Assembly (NCBI GenBank): GCA_951406725.2
Contig: OX597819.1
Span: forward strand, 75,702,001-75,766,000
Length of the DNA: 64,000 nucleotides
From: Octopus vulgaris
Lineage: Eukaryota
Direction: 5' to 3'
The translations under genes and the position numbers were made by a program. The notes beneath the pieces are model-generated. The model was given only the letters and a program-made list of their open reading frames with translations. It was not told the DNA's origin and did no database searches. Of the stretch, positions 40,296 through 55,842 are shown piece after piece (within the stretch, counting starts at the first letter, position 1; every line of letters begins with the position of its first letter).

Positions 40296-40905
40296 ACTTA
40301 TTTCTTTATTGCCCACAAGGGGCTAAACATAGGAGGGGACAAAAAAGGACAGACAAACGGATTAAGTCGATTACATCGACCCCAGTGCGTAACTGGTACT
40401 TATTTAATCGACCACGAAAGGATGAAAGGCTAAGTCGACCTCGGTGGAATTTGAACTCAGAACGTAGCGGTAGACGAAATACCTATTTCTACTTCTTTAC
40501 TACCCACAAGGGGCTAAACACAGAGAGGACAAACAAGGACAGACAAAGGGATTAAGTCGATTATATCGACCCCAGTGCGTAACTGGTACTTAATTTATCG
40601 ACCTCGAAAGGATGAAAGGCAAAGTCGACCTCGGCGGAATTTGAACCCAGAACGTAACGGCATACGAAATACCTATTTCTTTACTACCCACAAGGGGCTA
40701 AACACAGAGAAGACAAACAACGACAGACAAAGGGATTAAGTCGATTATATCGACCCCAGTGCGTAACTGGTACTTAATTTATCGACCTCGAAAGGATGAA
40801 AGGCAAAGTCGACCTCGGCGGAATTTGAACCCAGAATGTAACGGCATACGAAATACCGCTAAGCATTTCGTCCGGCGTGCTAATGTTTCTGTCAGCTCGC
40901 CGCCA
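40296..40905 (-). mobile_element. SINE family C trimer (one head, three body+tail units) inside a perfect 14-bp TSD
   Basis: TTGCACTCGTTGTT at 40282-40295 and 40906-40919; ~185-190-bp units joined at GAAATACCTATTTCT. Confidence 0.92.
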
Positions 40906-42611
40906 TTGCACTCGTTGTTGTTACTGTTGTTGGAGTTGTTGTTGCTTTTGTCGGGGCTGTTGTGTTTACTACTTATGTTGCTGTTTCCGCTTCATCTGAC
41001 GTTGCTGCCGTTCATACCGTTGTTACGTTCAGTGCCTTTGTCGTCGTTTCTTTTCCTATCATAACTGCAGCTGCTGTTAATTTTGTTGTTGGGGCTGTTG
41101 CTGTTCTTACTGTAACTATCATTTGCATTTATAGAATGGTGCAATTTTTTGAACTTTGAACTTTCAGCGATGAAATGCCATCCGCTCCTTCCATGAGTAG
41201 AATGCCACTTTTGCTAATATTGCTACTGCGACTGGTATTAATCGTTCTGTAGCAATAGTTGCTGTTGTTATTGTTACTGTTGTTTGCTGCTATAACAGTG
41301 GTACAGTAAATGGACTTTCAACGCTTGAAAATTGTTCTCTCCCCATTCTTTGAACATGGCGAAGACATGTGTTGCATCTGACTTTGCGAGTCATCTCCTA
41401 TCTCTTACTTTAGTTTGCTTCTATGGAAGTAATTTTTTGCATTATATAGATATATACATTTATAATGACTTTAGCAACATTTTATTTTGCAGGTAGCATT
41501 CTTTAATTATTTTATTTCTTCGCAATTATATTTTTTTTTGCTATGAAATTTAGAATCTACATTTATAGATATTTAGTAATTCGTTCACCTCTACAGAGAT
41601 GTCTATTTTTCGTTGAAAAGATTAAAAAAAAAAAAAGAACGAAACATGCCTAAATTTGCTTTCGGTACTTGTAAGAGGATGGAAAATAATGTTAGTCATT
41701 GGTTTTACTTGCTACATCAGTATTTGCAGGTAGATTTTTTCATTCTCCCTATATTAACGATATTACTAATAGCTTGACTATTATTTTTATTCGGTTAGCG
41801 TCTCAGAGGTATTTGATACAGGAACAATCTGACTGGAAGGATATGAATTGAAAATCTGACACGTATATCACATACAATTTGTGTGCATAGATATACACTT
41901 ACAACACACACATATACTCTCACCGATATATATCCGTATAAATATGTATGTGTTTGTGTGTGTGTGTGTATGTCTGTATATATATATATACATACACAAT
42001 AGCCACATATGAGTTTATGTGTGTCTGCCAGTGTGTGTATACACACCCAGTGAAAGCTTTAAACTTTTGCCTACGCATACACACATTCCCATATGCTTAG
42101 AAAGTGGCACATTTCTGCATTCAAATATCCATGTGCAATGTTTCCTGCTGTGCACCTCTTTGGGAATCTTTCATCCTAATCTCAGAGGGACCGAATCCTT
42201 GTGATTAAAATTTTGTGGGATGGAAACTGTGCGGAAGCCTTTTGTGTAGAAGAACTTTTCCTGTTATCAGCTGATAGACTTAATATGTTTCTCGGCTTAA
42301 GACCACCACCACCACCACCACCACTATTTCCCTGGGTACTTTAAGCAAAATCCACCCTACTCCATTCATTCAGACCAAATTTCCTGTCTGAGAGTAACTT
42401 TCAGAGTTCTTAAAAAAGGGTATTTGGGGTGCGGTGCTGTCATTTTTTCCCCATTGCTATGCCACTAAAATATATTGCTACACAGACGCCTATATATGTC
42501 GACACAAGTTTTATACGTAACTGCATATTCCTGAGATGACTCTAGAAATGTATTCATACACTCACTCATACATACCCTGGGACACATATATACGTGCTCA
42601 CACAGACACAC

Positions 42612-42664
<53 letters not shown>

Positions 42665-43494
42665 CGCACGCACACACATTTCATGTTCCGCTAAGAAGAG
42701 GTGTACGGTACCGGAATTTTCAACTCGCGCGAGATATAACAAACTATTCCAAATTGTTGTCAGAGTATCCGCGTAAGTGGAGTCAAGAAGGGCTAGTTTG
42801 TATTGGCATCGAGCTGTGTTAGTTGTAATAATGAATTCTAACCGAATAACAGTAATATTTCGAAATCATTTGATACGTAAATTTCCGCAAACCTCAAATG
42901 TACGTATTTAATTATTTTGAAAATATCACTATTTGGTTTGATTTCATTATTACACACGCACATACACACACACAAACGCACGCGTGCACACACATAGAGT
43001 TTTCTCTATATCTTTATCTAGTTATCTATACATTCATATAACTTCGGATAAATGTGTAGAATAACACGTCTATGTACACTGGAGCATAGCATATTCTCAC
43101 AAGCTTGCCTCTGAAGTCACATCAATCACAAGAGAACTCTATAAATACATAATAGACTAAGTTAAAATATTTAGTGTAACGACACGCTTCTACATGATAG
43201 AATTATGATAGAATAAAACATCTGAAAAAGAAAATCATACAATACCAATAATATGGAGAAAATACATATACAAGTACATGAATATATACCAACAGATTTG
43301 TGGACAGGCACACTTTCATACACATACGCGTACACCGACGCATGCACACTGGGACAGAAGTGGAGAGGGATGTAAATATTTATCTAGACATACATACACA
43401 CATATACACAGACACGTCTCACCTATGCCGGCGCTGAAACGTATACTCTTGTGAACATATAACATATTTGCAAGCAAATAAAAGCATACACTCC

Positions 43495-43585
<91 letters not shown>

Positions 43586-43719
43586 GCACACACACACACA
43601 CACAAATGTACACAAATACACACATAAACACAGAGGTACACAGTCATACACACACCGATACTAAACGTCGCTCTCTCTTTCTCTTCGGTGGGTATGTGTG
43701 TGTGTATGTGTGTATACAA

Positions 43720-43758
<39 letters not shown>

Positions 43759-44878
43759 ACATCACAGCCATACGCCGAGTTCGTGTGCAGAATGAAGGCT
43801 TACACAAACAGATACGTATACACGAAGTTATATCGACATAAAGACAAGAACACGCAAACATACAAACGCTCGCAAAACAAAACATGTCCTTAAATACACA
43901 TGCACACAAATACAGCCTCGACATCATCCCTCCTTCACTCATACTTATTATCTACATATCTCTGATGTAACTCTAGATGTATACCGTGCTGCTATAGTCC
44001 TAAATATTTGCACAGAAGGGCAATTCATATACAAATATGCTACGTTCTATTTACAAACTTATACAGAAGAATCGTAGTCATGCTTGCGTATAACATTTGA
44101 GAAAACAGCAGCCAGGAGAAGAAGCCTCAATGTAATTAAGTGTTTTACTAGAAAAAGCAGTCAAATCTCTGATAATTACCTTACTGTCTCAGAAACATAC
44201 AGGAAAATGTAGTCCTGTATACAATATTACTGAATAAAAACAAGATGAGGTTCAGTGATGGCCGGAGACCGCATGTAAATTTGTTAACTCAATGAAGCTC
44301 CGAACTCCACAGCTCAGATGACAACTATGGCTACAGAGTCCACGCTATTCGATGCGGTGCCCTCCCAGTGGGGCGTTGCGAAATTTGCAATCTGGACTCA
44401 TCGGACATGGTCAGCATTCGTGAGAGACGTGAAACTGTTGGTCAGAGCCAGCCCAAACCAACCCGAGAGAATGCAGCCGGAAGTCAGAACAAGTACAAGA
44501 TTGTGCACAAGCAAAGTGATGTGCATGTTAGCAGTTAGTGCTAATCTGGTGCTAAACGTAACGAATAATATAGCAATAATAACAGCAACACTGGTGTAAC
44601 AAACACATCGCGTGCACACATGAATAGAAATATATAACTGAGCGAGCACTCACACGTTCCCAGGCATCTCTACATATACACAAAAAACATATACACGTAT
44701 ATCTAGGATTACATCTAGTATATTTACACATATATCTAGGATTACATCTAGTATACCCTTGCTTCACTATGGCTATAATTGTTAACAACATACACCAATA
44801 CTTAACTATTTACACGTTCGAAATAGTATACACTAGCGCGCAAAAGTCACTCGTAGGTGTTTTTTTACAAGTTACTGC

Positions 44879-45267
44879 GATCTCGACCTTTATTCTCTAG
44901 AAAAACGACGACGCCGTGGTGATCTCATTCTTGCTCACAACATCATAAGCGGAAAGTGTAACCTCTCGAAAGAGCTGTTCTTCACTCCTGCTCCACAGCG
45001 TCGGCTGCGGGGTCACTCCGAAAAGCTCTATCTGCCACGTTTTCATCTCAATCGAAGGAGAGGGGCTTTCTCCGTCCGGGTTGCGGATCCGTGGAATAAG
45101 CTGCCGGACGAGATAGCGAAGATGCCGACGACAGCTCGGTTAAAAGTCTCTCTTGACCAGAAATGGCCTGAACTCTTTACATAAACACTCTCCCTGTACT
45201 TAACTCCATGTCCCCCTACATGGCCTTGCTTTTTGCTTTTTGAGCCAAAAAAATAACTTAACTTAAG
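44879..45267 (+). mobile_element. 3' fragment of a CR1-type LINE (open frame 44882-45184, 3' UTR, AACTT tail)
   Basis: LDLYSLEKRRRRGDLILAHNII..RLRGHSEKL..FSVRVADPWNKLP..LDQKWPELFT*. Confidence 0.88.
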
Positions 45268-45281
45268 ATAAGATATAAATA

Positions 45282-45312
<31 letters not shown>

Positions 45313-46267
45313 TATATATATACATATACACATACACACAAGTGAGTGAATCTGTCTCCAAATATCTGAGATGGATGAATCCTACGCGCCCACGAAAATT
45401 TAAGTCATGTGCAGCTGCGTCAAGCTGTTATTGAATATATTGTTAAATATAGAAGTTGCTGAAACGCATGATTTATGAGAACCTCGGCTGACGTACGCAG
45501 CAGATCGGGCGACAACCAATTGTGTGTGTTTACCAAACCATGGCATGTCTGATAGTAAAAGCGCTTGAGATTAAAAACTGTATTTTCAAAAAAGAAGAAG
45601 AAAACACAAAAACTAGCAAAAAAAAACCCCTTTATTAATGTAAATACACAGATTTCAGACAAATCTATAACATTTTAAAAGAAAAGTGATAAATTATATA
45701 AAAATATAAAAAAAGGAAACATTACATTTGGAATTATTTTTGAATTTCGAATTAAAGTTTTATTCTCTACCCATTATGAAATACATTTCGTTTCACTTTA
45801 TCAAAATATTCCCATTTAAATGACTGTAAATATGTAGCTGTACAATGAATAAAGCTATTTTCAGATAGTCGAAATAACTGAGAGTGATTGAAAAATCAAA
45901 GCATCCTTGTTTCGGCATGTTGATGAGGCTCTATTTGTCCTTAGAATTACTACTAATCGATATTTTTATAGCTTGGTTAGCTTAGGGAGGTAGATAAAAA
46001 TGAAGATTTCAGTTAGATATATACACATCACCACGTATTCGTCTTTATATTAAGGTAAACAATCAAGTATTAGACTCGAGAAGACTTTTGCAAACCATAA
46101 CAATGAACTCAATGTTGAAAATTATATTATCCGTATTATCATATATATTCAATATGTCTAAACGTACTCATTGTTGACTCCCTCTCTCTTTCTATCGCCA
46201 TGTTGAATCGCTAGCTTCTGTACGCATTTTTTTTTCTCTCCTTGTTTCTCTCCGTGTTTCTTTTCTG

Positions 46268-46310
46268 TGTATCTTTCTGTTGAAGAGCGTAGGCTCGAAA
46301 CGTAACATAC
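46268..46310 (+). ncRNA. Degenerate ultra-minimal hammerhead-like motif in a remnant (~46190-46402) related to 5030-5278
   Basis: CTGTTGA-AGAGC-GTAG-GCTC-GAAA-CG-TA; core has an A6U change and stem I is poor. Confidence 0.4.
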
Positions 46311-46401
46311 TTGTTTTATTTATATTCCTGAGCGCCATACTAATACAATTGTTTGTACTCCACCTGCTTTCGTCTTTTGTTTATTTTCATAAAACTTCCC
46401 G

Positions 46402-46461
<60 letters not shown>

Positions 46462-46541
46462 GTATATGTGTGCGTGTGCATGTGTATATATATATATATA
46501 TGTATATGTGTGCATGTGTATATATATATATATATATATAT

Positions 46542-46604
<63 letters not shown>

Positions 46605-46612
46605 ATTTATAT

Positions 46613-46681
<69 letters not shown>

Positions 46682-46685
<4 letters not shown>

Positions 46686-47016
46686 AGGCACATGGCTCAC
46701 TGGTTAGAGCGTCGAGCTTACGATCGTGAGGTTGTGAGTTCGAATCCCGGACTGGGCTGCGTGTTGTGTTCTTGAGCAAGACACTTTATTTCACGTTGCT
46801 CCAGTTCACTCAGCTGTAGAAATGAGTTGCGACGTCACAAGTGCCAAGCGGTATCTGCTGTTTCCTTCCCCTTGGATAACAGTGGTGGCGTGGAGAGGGG
46901 GGCCGGTATGCAGGGGCGACTGCTGGTCTTCCATAAACAACCTTGCCCGGACTTTTGCCTGGGAGGGTAACTTTATAGGTGCAATTCCACGGTCAGTCAT
47001 GACCGAAGGGGATCTC
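46682..47016 (+). mobile_element. tRNA-derived SINE family D with a Meta/MESC-like central domain
   Basis: TGGCTCACTGGTTAGAGCG (A box), GAGTTCGAATCCC (B box), GTGTTCTTGAGCAAGACACTTTATTTCACGTTGCTCCAGTTCACTCAGCTGT. Confidence 0.85.
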
Positions 47017-47048
47017 AATGTGTGTATATATATATGTATGTATGTATG

Positions 47049-47193
<145 letters not shown>

Positions 47194-47239
47194 CTATCTC
47201 GATCTATGTACTTATTAATGAAGCTATAAGATGATATAA

Positions 47240-47766
47240 TTAGTTAGCTTGACATTTGGTGACAACAGCTTTCATCAAATCTCTAGAACCTTTCTTTGGA
47301 TTTTAGCATATGGCACTTTTCTACAGGTTGACAATTTGAGTTTCAAAATCCAATCTCCTTGAGCCTCTTACGTGGCAGTTTAGCTCTCGTACCAAGGGCA
47401 CCAATTGCCGCACGAACAATTGACATCGAAGTCTTTCATAATCTCTTCGCGATTATGGCCTGGTTCTGATATTTCTCATATGTCCCCATTCTTTTAGTAT
47501 TTACTCAACTATTGTATGATATTGCAAAGATCTTTAACTGTTTGTATTTTTGTCCTGTATAACCACATCTGGTATTCTTGCTTCAATAGTATGGTCAGTT
47601 TTTATGGGAAAATCCTACAAAACCTTGTAATCTCTGTCACACACTCTGACACGTCTTCATACCATTTTTCTGCTACCTTGAGTTCACATACTCAGCTAAC
47701 ATTTCAATGCACTCTTTTACCCACATAGTCATACCTGTGCTTATATTCTTTTTGTGCTAACTTCTT
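47240..47766 (-). mobile_element. Degenerate 3' part of an R4/Dong-clade element (RLE endonuclease domain) with its 5' junction at (TAA)n
   Basis: Minus: KLAQKEYKHRYDYVGKRVH*..KWYE..YKVL*DFPIKTDHTIEARIPDVVIQDK..EKYQ..AIGALGT..AKIQRKVLEI*. Confidence 0.8.
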
Positions 47767-47794
47767 TATTATCATTATATTATTATTATTATTA

Positions 47795-47853
<59 letters not shown>

Positions 47854-47899
47854 GTTCTTCTTCTTCTTCTTCTTCTTCTTCTTCTTCTTCTTCTTCTTC

Positions 47900-47942
<43 letters not shown>

Positions 47943-49339
47943 TATAATAATAATAATAATTCTTATTGTTATTATAGTGATGAGACACTAGGGAAAAAAA
48001 CAACTAGATGCGTTACTCTAACGTTGCCAATAAATTCTGGTTGGCCTTGGTAACAGAAATTATCATTATCAAAAATGCTGTATTTCTTATTTGAAATATC
48101 AGAGATCTGCTCACCTCATGATTCTGTTGATTTAAGAGAAAAAATTGCATCTACTTAACAAGGTTGTCATTTTTTTTCTTTCTCTTTAATATGTACATAT
48201 AAATTTTCTCTATAACAATGGAACTCAGAAACAGAGTTGGCACCATGGGATATACAAACGACAACGAAAAAAATCTCACTCGAAAACACGTTTTAACAGC
48301 TGCAATAACAATAGTAGTAAACAACTCGAAAACCAACAAAAATCAGAACCAAAACCAACAAAAAAAATATTCATAGCAATGACTTCTTAGGCATTAACCA
48401 CTTATTATCTAGGTGAGAAAGTATGAGAAGATATAACGTTCTGTTATTTTCCTTAAAATATTAGTATTATAATTACAAACACTGTCTGTATCCTGAGAGC
48501 ATTTTAACGTATGCATAATAATAATTGTTTATTTATTAGTCACAAGTGCCAGAAGCATACAATAAAATGCAATATACTTTAAACAGGGGACTTACAAACA
48601 GATCTGAACTGGGACAGACAGGTTAGATAAAACTGAAGGAAGGAGATGAAAGACGATATAACAATAATTTTTTCTACTAAATGCGCAAGGCTTGAAACGA
48701 TATACAATAAACAAGAATAATAAACAAGAACAAAAACATAAATAATGATTTTATATTGTGACACAAGGCTACCGATTTCGGGGAAGGGTGAAAAGTCGAT
48801 TACATCGACCTCAGTGCTCAACTGGGGCTTATTTTATCGACCCCGAAACGATGAAAGGCAAAGGCGAACGGAATGTCGTTAAGCATGTCACTGAATGTTG
48901 TGTACGCCTGACAACATTTCATAAACCATGTTCTCTGCTTTGGTTTTCACTGGAACTATGCCTGCAGGTCCATCAAAGGGTCGAGTCATAGGTAAACGTG
49001 CCTAATTAACGGCGATCGCACTTTCCATCGAATAACATCTGGAAATACAGCAGCCTCACAGCACATTCCTGCATATCTTCAGCCATAGCGTACCGAGTCT
49101 GGCTTCGAGAGAATGGTGGCAGAAGATTGTTCATCTGACTAGTAGAATGCATCCCTTCTTAAAAAACTGAAAAAAAAGCATACGCCCTAGTCTGGTAAAA
49201 CATGTGAAACAACAAACGTTTGTTAGTCAGATATCACAAGACGTGATGTAGGTATTCAATAGCTTTGCCTAACTTTTCAACGAAAGTATCTTCTCAGCCT
49301 ATTTCGTGTCAATAGTCACCTTCTATCTCCGTTCCCAAA

Positions 49340-49510
49340 CTATAAGATTTACAAACATGCACCATATAAAAAAAAAAAAATAGCACTACTAGAACTCAAT
49401 AGTAAAAAAAAAACAAATGTAAAAAACAGAGTAAAGCGTTGCACCTACTTATGGCGCACAGAGCTGTATTCAGAAGTGTAGTGAAAGACAGGTTATAGAG
49501 CTAAAACAAT
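49340..49510 (+). mobile_element. Old 3' remnant of the same R4/Dong family as 7583-7803
   Basis: AAAATAGCACTACTAG and GGCGCACAGAGCTGTATTCAGAAGTGTAGTGAAAG align with 7650-7790. Confidence 0.6.
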
Positions 49511-49745
49511 AGGTAAAAAGAAACAAATATGATTTGTAACGTTGGAACAAAGCCAGACGTTTAGTTGATGGAATGGATATAGTCGATAACATCAACTACA
49601 ATACTTGACCAGTACTATAATCTATCGACTCATAGTAGGAAGAAAGCAAAGTTGAACGGAACATTATTTCAGTTTGGAACTTTAAGGGACGTAACTAAAC
49701 ATTGTATAGATTTTGTTTGATGCTTTCAACGCTTTTGTAACAAAA

Positions 49746-49822
<77 letters not shown>

Positions 49823-50174
49823 GAGAGCAAAAGATCATAGCAAGAATAAAAATAGAATGACGATAATGATGATTATGATGGTAATGATAATAAATAGCCT
49901 TTATTACACTCGAGCATAATATAAACAAAGATGTGCTAGGGTTAGACACCCGCATAAAACATAAATAATAATTATATCAAAATAGATGTAGAAATTAATG
50001 AAGCCAATAACATTATCCATAGAAACAACAATAAGAAATGCAACAACAACAACAGTAACAAAATATACCATAAAAAACAGCAGGGCATATTGTTGAAATT
50101 GTTCCAAAACATTCAGTCTTCAAACACTATGCCTGAGCGAGCGCGCATGCCCAAGAGAATATATATATATATAT

Positions 50175-50234
<60 letters not shown>

Positions 50235-50625
50235 GTGTGTGTATGTATCGGTATGTATGTATATGTGTGTGTATATGCTACACACACAAGCAAACACACA
50301 TAGGCATGTATGTGTTTCTCTTAGTACAAACCTCGGGAATCAGTACTCAATGCATATCACACAGTTAATTACTGATTCTCGAATAAGCACAAGGACCGAC
50401 ATTTTGTGAGAGGAAAGCAGGTTATATATTTACTCCAGTACTTTATTTCATATTGTTAACGTCAAGATGAAAGGCAAAACTGGCTTTTGCGGCATTTGAA
50501 CACAGAGCATGAAGAGCCGAAACAATACCACAAAGGCATTTAGTTCGATGCTGAACTATTCTGCCAATCCATTGCTCTTCTATACTTGAGTTAACAACAA
50601 CAGCAGCAGCAGTATCAGCAACAAT

Positions 50626-50659
<34 letters not shown>

Positions 50660-50822
50660 GTTTCAGACTTTGGTACAAGGCCAGCAATTTCGAGGAAGGA
50701 AGTCGATAACAGTACTCATTTCATTGACCACGAAAAGATGAAAGGCAAAGTCGACCGTGGCGGAATTAACGACGGACGAAATTCCGGTGTGCTAACAAAA
50801 TTCCGCCGCCGTAACAAGCAAT

Positions 50823-50875
<53 letters not shown>

Positions 50876-50984
50876 AACACACACATGCTCACACACACAC
50901 GCGCACACACAAATACTCACACGCATGAACGCATACACACACACACACACACACAAACACACACTTAACCCCTCCCCCCGCCAT

Positions 50985-51230
50985 GAGATGCAGTCCTTGT
51001 TGCGGTGAGGTGTTTGTGTGTCTCAGTGATCCTGACCCTAAGAGCTTTACTAACGAGGCGCAAGCTTCTGGCAAGGCCGCCCATGCTGGATATGTCAAAG
51101 CAAAGAGGCCAGACCAAAACAGACCGCCGCTTCCCAGAGGCAAAACTGGGTTTGTATAGAGCCAACTCCTGTAGAAAAAAAAATCGAAGCAGAGTTCCAG
51201 AACCATCGATGGCAATTAAAAATCAATAAC
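50985..51230 (+). mobile_element. Probable RTE-clade LINE 5' UTR remnant
   Basis: CCTTGTTGCGGTGAGGTGTTTGTGTGTCTCAGTGATCCT..GAGCT..GGCCGCCCATGCTGGA..GAGGCCAGAC resembles RTE/Rex3 5' leaders (recognition from memory). Confidence 0.45.
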
Positions 51231-51654
51231 GTCAGCTAAAGAGCATCAACACCATGAGGCAAAAATGCTAAAAATAAATTCATATTTACACCCTCTGGCC
51301 TTCACAATACCTAGTTCTGTTCCACAATAGACGTTACAAGTATCATCGCTTATGCGAATTACTCCAGCTCTTCACAACGTTTAACGGAAATTTTATTTTA
51401 ATTCAGACATTTCTCAGCAATGTAAAACTACGAGTTGGCAATGAAAGAAGGAAAAGATGAAAACGAAACAAAAAAAACGTCATTGTCTGGCTGGCGTCTG
51501 AGACTGAATCTGGAATATTTGCTGGACGGTTACATGCCACCTGATCAAGTCCTTGATCAATAAGGACTGCGGAATGCACACTGGCACAAATGTGTTCCGC
51601 AACAGTGAGATAAAAAAAACAAACAAAACAAAGACGATGCAAATCACGATCACG

Positions 51655-51781
51655 ATGATAATGGTGATGATGATGATGATGATGATGAAGATGGTGGTGA
51701 TGAAGATGGTGGTGATGATGATGATGATGATGATGATGAAGATGGTGGTGATGATGATGATGATGACGATGATGATAATGG

Positions 51782-51857
<76 letters not shown>

Positions 51858-51880
51858 GATGATGAAGATGGTGGTGGTGA

Positions 51881-51944
<64 letters not shown>

Positions 51945-52035
51945 GATGGTGGTGGTGATGATGATGATGATGATAACGATGATGATGATGATGGCGATGA
52001 GGATAATGACGATGATGTTGACGATGATGATCACC
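51655..52035. repeat. Long imperfect (GAT)n/(GGT)n microsatellite
   Basis: Direct reading; source of the poly-His/Met/Ile ORFs. Confidence 0.97.
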
Positions 52036-52539
52036 ATCATTATTTATCATCCAAATTATCATCTTCATTTAAGAGAAAATCATCCATAAGTTGGTAGCAC
52101 TGAAGACATAAATAACACTTAGAAGAAGGAAATGTATATATATAAGGATCAATGGTTGTAACATAGAAGTACACTGGAATAGTAACACCACAATCACTAA
52201 GAACAGCAGCAGCAGTAGCAGCAGCACTATCAGCCCCATTAACGCCATCACCAACACCAACCACAGTAACAACACAACACCACAACAATAGCATCAACAG
52301 CAACGCCTACACAAAAGCAAGGCTGAGGAACGTTGCGAACAAACATTACTATGCCAACCAACAAGAACAAGACCAAGAACAAGAACAACGACAACAACAG
52401 CAACAACAGCAGTAGTAGTAACAACAACATTATGGATTACTAAGACAACAAAGCTTAAATCAATTTAGTAAATATGATGAATATCATTTGCCACCATAAC
52501 TAGCACTATTAACATCATTACCTTCACCATCATCAATGT

Positions 52540-52562
52540 TATCATCATCATTATCATCATCG

Positions 52563-52660
<98 letters not shown>

Positions 52661-52680
52661 GTCATCGTCATCATCATCGT
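52540..52680. repeat. (CAT)n microsatellite
   Basis: Direct reading. Confidence 0.97.
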
Positions 52681-54334
52681 GCAGCAACCGAAACGAAGAC
52701 GAGAATAAAAATAAGACACTTTGAATAAAAAAAACAACAAAAAAAGACATTCAACGTTTAAAAGTAAAGTAGCGACGACAGCAGCAACAGCAGAAACAAA
52801 ATATCCCTATCCTCCTCCTCCTCCTCCTCTGCATCATCTCCACCACCACCACCACCACCACCACCACCATCGTCATCATCATCATCATCATCATCATCAC
52901 CACCACCTACGTAGCTAGATCTGTTGGCGTAGTGTTCCTAGCTGTAATCCTTCTCATCCTCCTTCGGTACGCCCACAAGTTTCATCCCGCACACTGCCGG
53001 ATTTAGATCATCGTATGGAACCACGCATCGACAACCCAACTGTCTAACCTCACACGAAGAGGACTGGATGGGTTTCAGCAACGATAACAACAACGAACGT
53101 CACCATTTCCATCGCCATCATGTCATCACCCACCACCACCATCACCACCACCATGACCATGATCATGATAATGATGATGATGATGATCATCACCCACCCA
53201 CCGCCACCAACAATAACAACCACCACTATCACCACTACCTCCGCCGCGTCTATTGTCACCACACCATCAATAACACCATCATCATCGTCATGCAAAATGA
53301 AAATAAAACAACGAAAATAATGACAGCTAAAGCATTTAAAAAGTACATTTGCAAAAATAACATCAACATCAACAACGACAATAATTTCAACAACAGCAAC
53401 AACAAGAGAGCCTAATATGTGTACCTTTCAATTGTCATCGACGTCAACAAAATTTGTGATTCTATTCAAGGCTGGAACAATTAACGGCGCCACACACACA
53501 CAAAAAATACAACAGTAAAAAATGAACAGCCCTTCTAAACAAACAAATCTTTAAAATTACATTTTCAAAGGGGACAAGGACACATTGAATAACGTAGACC
53601 AAGATACACAATACCTTACAAAAGAAGTAGGTGATCATGGATGGAGTGTCTCATCGTTTCGGTTTTTTTAAAGTTTGATTTTAGGGTTAATGACCAATAA
53701 AATAGGAGGCTGGCTGGTTAAATAACCTTCGTGTTGTCAAACCACCATAAAGTATATTGGTAACCCAGAGTCACTTTGATGGCGTCTGCTGATGCAGTAC
53801 TGAATGCTCTGATGCAGTACCAGGCATCAAATTAGAATCTCTTTGATTGCTGACGTATATATAATAGCTGTTAAATCTGTCTCATGATAACTTTGGTGAA
53901 TAGGCTTATCACAGTTGTTTAATTGTCTCCTAGGTAGCGGATTTGCTAGGAAAATGTCCCTTAAATAGTTATGTCGATCAAATTGATCCCAGTATTTATT
54001 TTTAATTTAAAGCCAGATGCCTATTACATCGATCTCTGTTTTTGCCGAACACCTATGTTAAGTGGACATAAACCAACTAACACGAGTAGTTAAGCGATCC
54101 CACATAGGAACAAAGCTACAAAGAAAGACAAACACAAACATACAGGAGCATGCCCACACGCACAGACGAATATGATGTAAATGCAACGGGCTTTTTCACA
54201 ATTTTCGATAGCTAAATTCACTCAATTAACTAGGCAAGGGCTACGGTAGAAGACATTTTCCCATGTGCTGCGCAGTGGGACAAATAGGTAAGGATCTAAT
54301 TTCAGAGCACATTTATTATCGACAGAGAATACTT

Positions 54335-54385
<51 letters not shown>

Positions 54386-54527
54386 CATACACGCACACAT
54401 ATACACACACAGCCGAAATCTGCGATGAGGGATCAGTTTCTGACTGAAGAATGAAGGCTTTGAATGACCCGTTTGTCTTTTTGTTCGTCCCTTCGTGTAT
54501 TTCACGTTATTTATTTATGTAAAGGTT

Positions 54528-54581
<54 letters not shown>

Positions 54582-55321
54582 TTATAAAAGTATGTGTGTT
54601 TGTGTTTGTGTATGTGTGTGTATGTGCCCTCGCCGTGCCTCTCTGCCATTTTCACTTCATGGTTTGCTGTTGCCCTTTATCTCTGCTGCTGTCTGCTGGC
54701 ACACCTACCTCTTTTGAGCTTTTACTACTCCCCATATAGCTACTAGGCCTTCTGTTCTGCACCATCAGTTCCAGCCTCTTTTTGTTCCCACAATAGCTTA
54801 TAATTCTGGATAGCCTTGTAGTCTTCGAGATCATGAGAACCAGACGATTCATGCAGATCCCACCTGATCATATGATTTTGCGTGTCGCTTCCCTACTCAC
54901 TACCTACTCGTATTTTACTGTAAAAGCCACGGATTTATGTCAGTATCAACACTTCTCTCTATAATCCTTGCATTCTCTTGTATTGCAGCACTAGACTGTG
55001 GATGGGCTTGCTTACTATACTATAAATCTTAAATAACAGATGTAAGCTCCCATATATTGCTGAAGGCACACACATTCTGCAACCTGCCAGTTGGCACTCC
55101 CATAGAATCATGACATATGAAAGCCTTCTTCGTACTTTGCAAAACATTGGCAGGTTACTTTTTTCTTTCCTTTGCCTAAGATATGTCTATGGGCAAAGCG
55201 ATATTGTATTTCTCGACGCACCTTTTCTACACCTTTTCTTTTGCTCGGCACTGGTTCATGTTGAATGTATTCCTTAGACTCACAACACTAGCAAAATATG
55301 AGTTACTGTTATTGTCATCTC

Positions 55322-55842
<521 letters not shown>

